Assembly (NCBI RefSeq): GCF_004010195.1
Contig: NC_057717.1
Location: forward strand, 40,850,984 to 40,914,983
From: Chiloscyllium plagiosum
Taxonomy: Eukaryota
DNA: 64,000 bases
Direction: 5' to 3'
The notes beneath the pieces are model-generated. The model was given only the letters and a program-made list of their open reading frames with translations. It was not told the DNA's origin and ran no database searches. Made by a program: the position numbers and the translations under genes. Of the stretch, positions 34,411-46,289 are shown piece after piece (the stretch's first letter is position 1; each line of letters starts with the position of its first letter).

Positions 34411-36649
34411 TATGTCTGTCTCCCCAAACTATAGTAATTTCCGGTCACATTGTTGTGTGTGGGACGTTATTATTGGCTTGAAATCATGAGAAAATGTAGC
34501 TGGAGATCATTCAGGAGCAGAGGTGGGGAGAAAGAAACAGAAAGAATTCCTCCAAGGTACTCATGGAAAAGAATGAAAATGGCGAACCTGATTCTTATTG
34601 TTACAACTGTCAAATTGTATCACACTGGTCTTCGCACATCACTCATTACTCTGACGTGTGAACGAGTCCATACAGAACCTTTCTCTTTTCAAAGTTCACC
34701 TTCCTTCTTGTGGCGTCTTGTTGGTCCGACAGTCACTGGGACGACGTTGACATGTTGGTGTCAAATCCATGGGCACTGGTTACTTTAATCTCAGCATTCA
34801 AACCTGTTTTATAAATGACAGGGCTGCAACCCAGCAGGATTAAGTAAACCAAAGGCCCCTAAAAACCATTGTGTCCCAGAGGACATCAAACCTCCGGTAA
34901 TAAACAGACACAAACTTCATAGATTGCAGTTTGTAGAACAGGCCTCAGGCCTGACAATCATGTCGCCTCTCCAGAAAGCTCTTTTTCTAACGTTCCCTGT
35001 GGCCTAAACTCACCCTTTTTACCTTTCTAAATGGTCGCTTGGGAAAAAAAAACAGATAGCACTCGGTTGAAAGGCAAAGCCTGAAAAGTCTGTGGACTGA
35101 TAGCACAGCAGGGTGCCATGTTTTCCTCGTTGTTACACAGACAATCTCTTCGCAGCATGCAACCACAATCATATCGGGCGATGAGTTGAGAATTCATACC
35201 AAACCCGGTGGAAAACTTTAAAGTCACGCCTTTGCAGTCACTGCCTGCTCCGATGATTTTGGTGCAACTGTTACAATGCTGCATTCCACATGCAGCAATG
35301 GATCAGCAGCCATATCACCGGATTGCATTTACTTCCCTCTGTGATGCTGGTTAATTTTAAGTATGTCTTGTGTCACTGGAATTTGACAACACACGATTCG
35401 CAATCTCAAAACTCCCTCACTCATCTCTTTCCTCTCCTCTCTCACTTATTCAAATATTTGTCTCACTATCAGATTTCAATATTTGGCATAATCCGTAACA
35501 CATATTAAGACTCGGGTGCGGAAATCAATACAACTCACTTGAGTCCTGCGCGTGGTGTGACCTGTCGAACGGGCAGAAGGTGAAAGTCGCCACTCCCCAC
35601 CCAATCCCGCCCACGGGCATTGTTCGTTTTCAAGGATTTTACAGCCCCAGAAACTTTGGATATTCATTTTTCAACTTTCCAAATAAAAGTTCTTCAGGAC
35701 AAAGGACATAAGATTATTTAAAAAGGGGTGTGAGAGTATTTTGCTGCAGAAATACACACCGAGGTCGCAGGCTTAAAAGGATGCACCCGTCACTATTCAA
35801 GTGACCACATATCAACAGAGAAATATAGATCAAATCATAAACATGCAAAATCAGGATGTTTGAAATATTGATGAGCACTGGAATCTCAGCACAATCATGC
35901 TCACACACAGACATACAACACACCCACACACAAACACACAAAAACAAATACACAAACACATACACACCCTTTCATAGGAGAGGCAGAATAGAGATTGAGA
36001 ATGAATCTGAAAGTTTCCTGCCAGATTAAATCTCATTGAGCGGTTTGCCGACACTGTTTCTGACATATTGCATTATATCTTAAGGCTACTGTATGATTCA
36101 GATGTTAGTTTTCGTGATATAAGGTATGTTGAATCTTTCTGGCCATTGTGAGATGTTAATTTTCGATGAGCAAATCTTGACCATTCTTACATTTTGAAAA
36201 ATCGTTTTGAATGCTTTTTTTTTCATTTCTGTCAGTGCTGTTGAAGCAGATTTGGCATTGGTCGCAGACGAGCATCTATATCTCTGACGGTATACACACC
36301 CTGATAGACAGCGCTGGCAAGGTAATGGGGATATTTGTCGAGTATCTTTCAGGATGTCAGTGTGCTTCCCAGAATCGATATCTCTCTCTTCTCTCCCTGT
36401 TTCTGCCTCTCTGTCCTGCATTAGATGCAGCTTTTCGTAGCCCACTCTTCAAAGCATGATTTCGTTTCCCCTTCTCTAATATATCAGTAGTGTCTGAAAA
36501 ATTGGATGCCATCAGGCGAGCACATTTCTCTTTGGACCGTCCTAATTCACCTCCAGGACAGAGCTGTGGAGAACATGTAGGCAATTTATGTAGTTTTTTT
36601 CGAGGCACAAATCAGTGATGTTCTGAGTTCAAACATTGAGCTGCAGTGT

Positions 36650-39600
36650 GTCTGTCTGCATGTGTGTCATACTCAATCACTCAACCGGAATCTCACATTT
36701 TCTCCATAATGCACCGTCATAGTACTTGGTCACTCACTGACAAGCACTATCCAATATAGAAGCAGGAACATTGAACTTCACATTTTCTCATGCACACTCT
36801 CACCCATTCTCCCTGCCACACTGTGTCAAGCAATTTCAGTTTTCACACATGCTTTCAAGCACACTCTCAAACACTCACTCTCTTTCAGACCCTCTCTGAC
36901 ACACGTGCACAGGCTCTCTCAATCTCACACGCGCACACACACTGCCACACTCTCAGGCACTCGCATGCTCCCCTTTTCAAACTTCTGCACTCTCTTTAAT
37001 GAACTGTCTTTTGCATAAAATGTCATGTGCAATCTAGCCCATGCGCACTCTTATCCATGTGCACTCTCCTGTGTTCACGCTCCCCCTCACACACAGGCTA
37101 TCTCTCTTGCGTAACCTTGCACTGTCTTTCACACTATTTTGCACATGCTCGTGCACATGGTTTAACACACAATCTCGCGTGTGAGAGTGTCTGATCAAGA
37201 CAGTGTATTGATGTGTGTACCAAACGGCAACAGAGAGATTAAGAATGCGAGTGCCCCTCCAAGAGAATGTGCACAGAAGAGAGTGCGTGACAAACTGACA
37301 TTGTCTCATCTGCACACTTTCTGGTGCACTCTATCGTGGACAGCCTGAACTGGGCAGACTCTCGCACGCACACGCATCGCTTATCAGTACTGTCTCAGGC
37401 ACCCGGTGCCTCAGGCACTCTCTGTCTCGTAAAATCTTTCTCTCACATACAGTCATATGCTTGTAAACAATTGTTTGTGCTCTCAGACACTCTCACACCT
37501 TCTTACAGACACCCATGCCTGAACACATTATTGAACACACGTTCTCTCACATCCTCTCCCTCTCTTGCCGACACTACTGTACACACACACACACACCCTT
37601 GCACACACAAACATTACACAACAGACCTACGTTTTCACGTGCATTAAGTTGGACACACTCTGATTAAATTTCACGCTCTTTCATACAGACTTTCACTCTC
37701 TTGCACATACACCCACCATCTGAAACATAAAGCCTAATGCACAAACACACATGCATGCACTGTTGCACACAATTGGGGACGTGTTCGCTCCGGTGTGCAT
37801 TCCCCCTTGCACTCTCTCACGCACCCTTCAATACTGTCTTGCAACTCTCACTCTCTTGCACAAATGTTTACACATAATCACACACGCAATCGATTGCACA
37901 AACCCACGCATGCTCACATATGCTCTCCTGTGCACTCTCTCCTGCACATACACTTATGCGCCTCCTCTCATGCACACCCTCCAATGCGATTTCACTCTCT
38001 CATGCAAACACACATGCTCTCGTGTACACGTGCATTCTCTCTCACGCATGCCATATGTATATCACACGATCTTGTGCACACGAACACTTGCACTCACACA
38101 CATGCGCCGTAAAACAAATGTAAACGCTCTCCTCCACACGTCGCCACTCTCACATTCTCTCTTACAGACATGGTTAAATGCATTCACTTCTGTGCACCTT
38201 TGAGCTATGCAATCACATAAAACAAATGGAGCAGATCTAAGATCTGCAGTTCTACCACATTCAGTCATTAATGGTTTTCGACGACTGAACAACTCAGTGG
38301 AGGATGATGCTCCACGATTATCTCCACTCTCAATGATGGAGGAGCCTAGCACGTAAGTGCAAATGATTAGTCTGATTCATTCGCAGCAGTATTTAGTCGG
38401 AACTGCCATGTGCATGATTCATCTCGGGCTCCTCCAGTGGTCCCCAGTATCACAGGTGTCAGTGTCCAGCCAATTTGTTTCACTCCACGTGAAAGCAAGA
38501 AACAGCTGAAACAAGCAGATACGACCAAGGCAATGGGCCCTGATAACACACCGGTAATAGTACTTAAGACATGTGCTCCAGAACATTCTGCTTCCCCAGC
38601 CAAACTCTTCTAGTTCTGTGAAAATGCTGGCACTACCCGACGATGTGGAAACTTGCCCAGTTATGCCATATACACAGAAAGTAGGACAAATCTAACTCAG
38701 CTAATTACTGTCCACTCAGTCTCCACTGCATCATCAGTAAAATGATCAGAGGGATTGTCAACAGTGCTATCGAGTGGCACCTGTGCAGCAACATCCTTCT
38801 CAGTGACGCCTACTTTGGGTTTCGCCAGGGCCACTGAGCTCCTGATCTCATTACAGTCTTGGTTCAAACAGCTGACTTATAGTGGTCACGCAGGAGTGAC
38901 AGCCCTTGATAATATGGCCGAATGTGACTGAGTTTGGCATCCAGGAACCCTGGCAAAACTGGAATCACTGGATATCAGGATAAAGCACTCTGCTGGTTAT
39001 ATTCATACCAAGTATCATGGAAGATCTTGGCTGCTTTCTCTCTGTCATAAAGTCAGAAGCGTTGATTTTCGCTGATGATTGCACAGTGTTTAGCATGATT
39101 CACGAGACTTCAGATAATGCAGCAGTCCGTGCTCAAAATCAATAATTTATGCACAGGATCCATGGTTGGACCAACAAGTGGCAAGAATGATTTGTACCAA
39201 ATAAATGCCAGACAATGGTCATCACCAACAAGAGACACTCTAACCCTCGTGCCTGGACACCCAACGGTATGATCATCACTGAGTCCATCAGTGTCATCAT
39301 CCTTGGGGTTACCATTGATGACAAACGCAATTCGACTCACGTATTATTGTTTATTGCCTCTGTCACTTGCACTTTTCGTCTCACGTGCACTTTGTCTGAT
39401 GCTCGCACTCGCTCTCTTGTATGCACTGTCTCTTTCATGTGTGTCCTATTTTGAGCGTACTCCCCATCGCATGCATTCTCTTGCAAAAGCTCTCTCTCTT
39501 TCACACTGTGTTTTGTCTGGTATGCGCATTCTCACCCATGTGCACTCACTCTCGTATGCACTCTGTCCTTCACGTGCATGGTGTCTCTCACACTCTCTCT

Positions 39601-40130
39601 CATGCACCATCTCTCGTACACAAACTCTCTCCCATCTGCAGTCTCCATCGCACATACTCTCTTGTGTGTTCTCCCTCTTTAACTGAGTTGGGTTTGATAA
39701 TTCTGTGTAACTATTTGATTATTTTGTATTTCATTCTCCTCTGTTTTCCCCATTTATTGAGGCCATTGAGACCTTTTTTATATTCCAACTGTATACGGAT
39801 TTTAATGCATATCATTAATCCTCAGTCATGCGTTAGTCGAATGAATTCAATGCACATAGAGTCTCACACTCAAAGTCAGTTCATACATTCAGATACTCTA
39901 ACAAACTTTCAATACTTTTTATAAACCACGTGCGCTCGCATATAATCACAAAGACACATTCTCACTCACAGTTGCTCACACATTCACATGTACCATAGTC
40001 ACACTCATTCACTGACTCACTGTATGACATAATCTATCCTGTGTTCCCTCTTTCTCTCTCACACACACGCATTCTAAGAAACACTCCCTTCCACATACTT
40101 ACGCTGCTTCTCTCACACACAAACAACCAA
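36650..40130. repeat. Degenerate CA/CT-rich low-complexity region interrupted by a LINE
   Basis: cacact/ctctct motifs. The His/Thr/Leu-rich ORFs here are compositional artefacts. Confidence 0.7.
38200..39340 (+). mobile_element. Non-LTR retrotransposon RT fragment (CR1/L2 group, distinct family)
   Basis: TKAMGPDNTP..VLKTCAPE...P.AKLF, NYCPLSL, FGFRQGH and ttcgctgatgat (FADD) at about 39068, then ILGVTIDDK. Confidence 0.8.
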
Positions 40131-42169
40131 ATATGAAGGATGAATCATTCTGTCCAATACCTTTGTTTAATTATAGATACGTTATACTTTTACAAGAAAA
40201 AAAGACAAACATGTGTCGCAGTGGGTTGGTGTAGCACTTTACTAATTTCTGATTTCAGAATACAATCATCCTGACACCAGTTTAAAATTCTGAGGAAAAT
40301 TCTGAACACTTCCTCACACTGACAAATTCTTGTCACTTTGCCTCATTGCAGTTTGGAAATTTAGAGAGACCTCTGCTGGAAGCATGTACTTATCTTAGGA
40401 TACTCACCTCTGACAGATTCTGGGATTTGCATCTTAATCAATTGAAACTTGCAGATCCTTTATAATACAGTTCTCCATACCCTGCTACAGCAATTTTTAC
40501 AATGCAGCCAGGCATGAATGATTGAAGATGGAACACGAGTCAGTACATCGGCCAATGCCTTTTTTTTTTCAGTGCAGCTATGTCATGTTACACAGCACTG
40601 ATATTGATTTCATAAATCAGGAAAGTCTGAAAAGAGTGGGGACTTGAGAGTGCATGTCATTGTGTCACTATCAATGCCATGTCTATTCTCCCCCTCTTAT
40701 ACATTGTACCTTCAGTGACTCCAGTCTGCCATCAAGCTTCATGGCACTTTATCCGTTATCCGAGCTAACAACACTGGGGGTGGGGGGGGGGGTGGTGGCG
40801 GGGGGGAGGAGGATGAAGGATTCCAACTGAAAAAACTGCCTAATCTAAATCCCGCAGAGGAATTGATGAATGGAATTGGATACAAAGTAAAGCTGTCTCT
40901 TCAGTATGCATTTCAGGAAGTCAAGTACGGAGAGACCCCTCAATCATATCACAACCAAGTATTTGAAGGATAGGCGTCATACAAACAGAGATGGAGCGTT
41001 TAACCTAAGCTGAACTCTCTCCATCTCTCACCCCTAAATATAGATGCAGGCATGCAAATTCTCAATATTCAATTTTCAAGTGTTACAAAAAAGGGTCCAT
41101 TTATCACTGGCTGAACATTCTCGAAAAGAATTGAACTTCGTCACCAATTTATGTTCTTACTTTGACTCTGCCTGTTCTGATTCCTTGCCAGTTTCTTGTT
41201 TCTTATCATCGAAATGAATGGTCGTCCAAACCCCACTTGCCATGTCAAGTTCTCTAAGATGGAAACTGATTCCAATATCGTTATACCAGAGCCTCTCAGT
41301 GCCGGCAGGAGCGAGTCTCTGTCATGTACAATCTCACTATTTCTCTTATGCCAATTCTCCTTCTCTGCTGACGACGGTGCATCCATTCCAACCGTGCTGT
41401 CTCTGAGCCGGTGACAGTCACACTGCTCGGGTCGACCATCTGCTCTGATCCAGTTCTGAATAGACCTATGGCCTTTCGACTCCACCACCGAAGATGAAGT
41501 GGAGTTGTCGATTCACGTGACCACAGAATCCTGCAGCACTAGGCCCTAGGTTGTCCAACAATAAAACATAAATTTTAACGAGTTAACGAGCGAGAACGAC
41601 AATGTCAAGTTGTGTGAGTCTGGCCACATGCACCACATGAGCCCTTGCGTGGCTGTGCTTAGTGCTCAGGTATTGACTGCTGCCACCAACTTGGGATTTA
41701 AAATTGATTGCGTTCACTGTCATTGTGGTTCAGTGAATATTGCTGTGTTTATTTCAGCACGTCAGAAATATTGTGTTGGTTTTGAAGAAGTGTATTTTGA
41801 AGCTGATTTATTTATCGTGAGCTGGTTTTGTACATTTTATGTTGGTTTGCTGCGATCATGCTCACAACATCACCATTACCTTCCAATGTCCTGATTTAAA
41901 TCCATACTTGCATAAGTACTTAAAATTTTGCATTTTTATCATCTGTGTTGATCTTGTCCCGTTTATCAGAATGTAAATTTGTCACAGTCCTGGGAGAAGT
42001 GCAGAATGCATTTATCAGGCAATTTGTTTATCAGTGTGAATTATGATTTGGAAGATGAAGAAACTGATTCAAGATAATTTGCGTGCAGGCAGCAAAGTCT
42101 CTAGAGTTAAACATAAGCTTGCGAGGTAAATTGGAAACATAGGCGGAGTGGCCAGCCTGTGGTGAACAT

Positions 42170-43360
42170 ACAACACACAAGAATGCTGTTCAACCCATCT
42201 CATCACTACCAGTCAAAAACAACAATGTCTATGTTACTCTCTTGTCCAGGACTTGATACACAGCCTTTGTATCTCAAAAACAAAGGACATGTTTAAGATT
42301 AAGACGATTATTGACTCCCACAGCAATTTGCAGTGATTTCCAATCCCACTGGTCGCTGGTTGAAAGAAACTTTCCTGACATGACTTCTAAACCTCCAGTC
42401 TCCGACATTAAATTAATCGACCCTTTCACCAAGAGGAAGAGTTCTTGACTTTTTACCGTATCTGTGCTGCTCAATCATGACCATATCAATCGCCTCTACT
42501 CCACGAGAAATAACACTATTGTTTATATCCTAATAAGTTGAACAGTCAAGTCCTGGCTAAATGCGACAAAAAATCTTCATTACACTTTCCACTGCAATTA
42601 CATGCTTCATTTAATACTGCTTGCAGAACAGGGGCCAATGTTCTGCTTTATGTAATCAGCATATACCATCTGATTCTAAAATATATTCCTCAGCCAATTA
42701 CTGCATATTGATTGCATTTCTCCAGTAAGCCTTCTGCATTATTTTTGCTTCATCTTCTGATATCGTAATAGACAGGGATGAATGCAAAATGAGATTTCTC
42801 TGTTACTTTTTGCTTCAAAGATCAACCGTCGAGTAAGTCGTTTATCTGCTCGTTTGCCTGTCGAAGTACATCACTTTTCATTTCACTGGGTCAAATTCTA
42901 TTTGCCATTGTGTAGACCACATGATCAACCTGTCTATATTTTCCTTCGATCTGTCAGTTTGCCGAAGTATTCAAAAGGTATTCACTGTGGAACCCATTGG
43001 ACAAATAATTCGAATTTTAAAGGCATGACTTGAGCGTCACCTTCTGTCTTGTGCCACTCAGCCAGTTCTTGGTCTCATTCGAAAAACTTGCTTGGATTCC
43101 ACAGCAAAGAGCTTCTCGGTCAACACCCCATTAGTAACACTATTAAAAACACGGTTAATGACCACGTTATATACGTCAAATACGCAGCTTTCATCTGCAA
43201 CCCGAGGTCACCACTTCGAAAAATGCAATCTAGTTGGCTATTTATGAAGTCAAATACCGAAACCAGACTGACTGGCCTTGCTTAATCACTGCCTCTGCAA
43301 GTGCAGATTATTCTCGCCCATAGAATTGCTTCCAATTGATTCCCGTCTGAATATGTTTAG
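42170..43360 (-). mobile_element. Old CR1-type LINE fragment
   Basis: Reverse-complement RT and 3' motifs (caatgggttccacag, aatggcaaatagaattt), highly decayed. Confidence 0.55.
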
Positions 43361-44389
43361 ACTGAGTGAACTGTATTTTATTTTTTCAAGCATACAACGA
43401 GGAAAAGATAAAATTTTAAAGCTGTTTGATGTATTCGAAATATCAATTCAGTTTTAACTTATTCAGAAATGTCCCATTCAAACAATGTGTTCAGTACCTT
43501 ATTCTGTATTCCAAGATGGAGCCGGGATAAGACGCTATTTCATTGTATCTAGTTGCAATTGTCAATTTCAGATCAATCTGAATCTCAATCCTCCTTTAAA
43601 ATGAGACGTCAACTGCATCATTATCTGCTCAGAACTGAAGTTCCTTGAGCTGGGAGCACTTAGGGAAGCTGGATTATTTTTTGTTAACATTCGTGCCCAG
43701 ATCTTTTTCATGCTGAAATAACAAAACATTATCCATGCCAAGTGTTGGAGCGATATCAAAAACCGCAAAAGTGAAAGCTACTGAACAGTAAGCAGTATTT
43801 TCCACAAACACTTGCATTTTTCAAGATCATACCAGGGTATTGTTTTGTATTTTGTTCTGGAGTAGTTCACTCCAGTGTTTTGTTTCTGCAAGAAAGAAAA
43901 TGATATACATCTCTACTTTTTTCAATATCACAATGAAGTGGACAGAATAGGAATTGTAGATTAACTAATTTCGAAATTGAGATAGATATTGCAGGATATG
44001 TGACGTTTTGCTGTTGCGACAGTGTGCTGTTAGACACCTCAACGAACAGTGGGGATATATCTATAGTATTTGCTTTCAGCTGAAGGTTCTTCAAACTGGA
44101 ATTGATATGCGGAAAGGTGATCAATGTTTGAGTCGGAGAGCACTTTGGGTTTCCCGACCATAACTCGCGACATTTTGATGACCAATGCTCAAGGAAATTG
44201 CAGCTCTTTTGTGAGGTGCTGAATTAAAGATCCAATTACATGCTAATTAGTCAAGAATTTGGGAATGTTCATTGAGAGCAGTTACTTGAGGACGAATCGA
44301 CAAATGTAGGGGAGCCATTTGAAGACTAATTGATGAACTTCAACGGCATGGATTTACCTGCACAACTGAACAATAGGAAAAGGGGAAAA

Positions 44390-44838
44390 CATGGACTGCA
44401 GGTGATGTAAACCAGAGTCTAGGTTGGACTGGTGGTGGAAAAGCGCAGCAGGTCAGGCAGCATCCGAGGAGCAGGAAAATCGAGTTTCGGGCAAAAGCCC
44501 TTCATCATGAATAGAGGCAGGGTGCCTGCAGAGTGGAGAGATAAATGAAAGTGGGTGGGGGTGGGGAGTAAGTGGCATAGAATAAAAGCTTCATGGCAGA
44601 GGAGATGACCTGGGGGTTGCAGTGAGCGAGGCACCCATTGAGATTCTTGTAGAGAGAGGAGGAAAACTTCTTCAAGGAGGCATCCTTGCAAGAGGATTCG
44701 CAGTAGGGTTAAAATCAACTAGGTAAAAACAAGGACTGCAGATGCTGGAAACCAGGTCTAGATTAGAGTGATCCTGGAAAAGCACAGCAGGCCAGGCAGC
44801 ATCCATGAAGCAGGAAAATCGACGTTTCAGGCAAAAGG
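44390..44838 (-). mobile_element. Penelope-like element with tandem pseudo-LTR copies (44393-44510 and 44733-44838)
   Basis: ~105-bp direct repeat ggactgcag...ggaaaagc.cagcagg.caggcagcatcc...gcaggaaaatcga.gtttc.ggcaaaag. Same family as 34270-34410 and 63571-63690. Confidence 0.8.
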
Positions 44839-44839
44839 T

Positions 44840-45640
44840 TGAAATTGGACAGAAAATGTCTGTAATAAACAGAGTGAAGAGGAATCGCAATGCCTTTTAA
44901 ACATACATTAGAAGAAAAAAGTTGTCTAGGGAAAGAGGAGGCTGACTCATGGACACAAGAGAGAAATCATGCATGGAGCCACAGGAAGTAAGATAGATAT
45001 TTTTGAGCACTTTGTACCAGCATTCACAGATGATAATAGCATGACTAATGTCGAGGACAGGAATGCACCTGTGCATAACCAAGAGAATGTCAATATACAG
45101 AAGGAGAACGTTTTTGGAATCCGATTTTGCATTGAGATAGAGAGGACCCCATGGCCAAATGGGATCTATCCCAGGTCACGGCGAGAGTCAAGGGAAGAAA
45201 TATCTGGTGCATCAGCAGATGTCTTCATGTCCTACACACGAGGATCCAGCACACAGGAGATTCGCCAACGATTTTCTTTTTATTAAGAATGAAAACAGGG
45301 ATAACCCAGTAAAGGACAGGCAGTTAGCCTGACCTCAGTGATTGGGAAGCTCTTGGAGCAGAAAATGGGCGACAAATGTGTTCAGATTTAGAAGAAAATT
45401 AACTATATTTTTACAGGCAGCATAGTTCTTTCGGGAAACGTGATGTCTCACCTACCTGATTGATAATTTTTGAAGAGTTGACCAATTGATTGATGAGAGA
45501 CTTGCTGTGGATGTATTTGAAACGGACTTCAGTAAGCCGGTTGATAAAGTCCCACATGGCAGATTGGTAAAAATAAATAAAATTGCATGTTATTCGATGT
45601 GTAATGGCTTGATGGAGTGAAAACCGATTTGTTCATAGAA
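44840..45640 (+). mobile_element. CR1 LINE ORF2 fragment
   Basis: RTPWPNGIYPRSRRESREEI; gttagcctgacctcagtg (VSLTSV); gacttcagtaagccggttgataaagtcccacat (DFSK..DKVPH). Confidence 0.8.
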
Positions 45641-45644
45641 ATTT

Positions 45645-45775
45645 TAAAAAACGTGATTATAGTCCAACAGGTTTACTTGGAAGCACTAGATTGCGGAGGG
45701 CTGCTGTTTCATCAATTAGCTGTGGAAAGGATGCATAAAAGCTGTTGGACTATAATCTGGTGTTGTGTGACTTTC
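45645..45775. mobile_element. Penelope-like pLTR-derived insert with a 16-bp perfect inverted repeat
   Basis: gattatagtccaacag (45655-45670) and ctgttggactataatc (45742-45757), with a decayed hammerhead remnant between. Confidence 0.65.
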
Positions 45776-46289
45776 CAAATATTCTGGAAATAGTGAACAG
45801 ACTTAATTTTCTCACATTCACCACGTTGCTCACGCAAACCTTCTTTCTGTGTCAATCCACAAGCCCCATTATTTGTAATTCAAGTATCCTCTCAGTCCTG
45901 GAGCACTGTATCATATTTTGCAAGATTACGATTCAGAAAAAAAATGTGCATAATGTCGCGAAGATGTTTACTCAGAAAATTTCATGATTAGAATTTGTAG
46001 GCTTTTGGTTGGTCAATTGATTTCTTTTCTCTCCGCAACATTAAAGTAAAAGCCCGTGCGATAACAGTATTTGTGACAGAATGAAAAATTATTATATAAA
46101 TTATCATATGAATATAGATAATCTTGTTGATTAATGTGTAGAATATGATTTCTAAAAGAATAGATTGCTTCATGCATTATGCAATGAATGGTTACGATTT
46201 GTGATTAACTGGTGCGAGATAGGTGGACACAGGTTTTTCAATATACTGTAAAATTGTAATGAGAAGATGATTAAAAGACAAAGTTTCAC

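Noticed and set aside
35027-35284. Cys-rich 85-aa minus-strand ORF resembling a Ly6/three-finger domain
   Set aside because: No signal peptide, the CCxxxxCN ending is missing, and there is no supporting exon structure.
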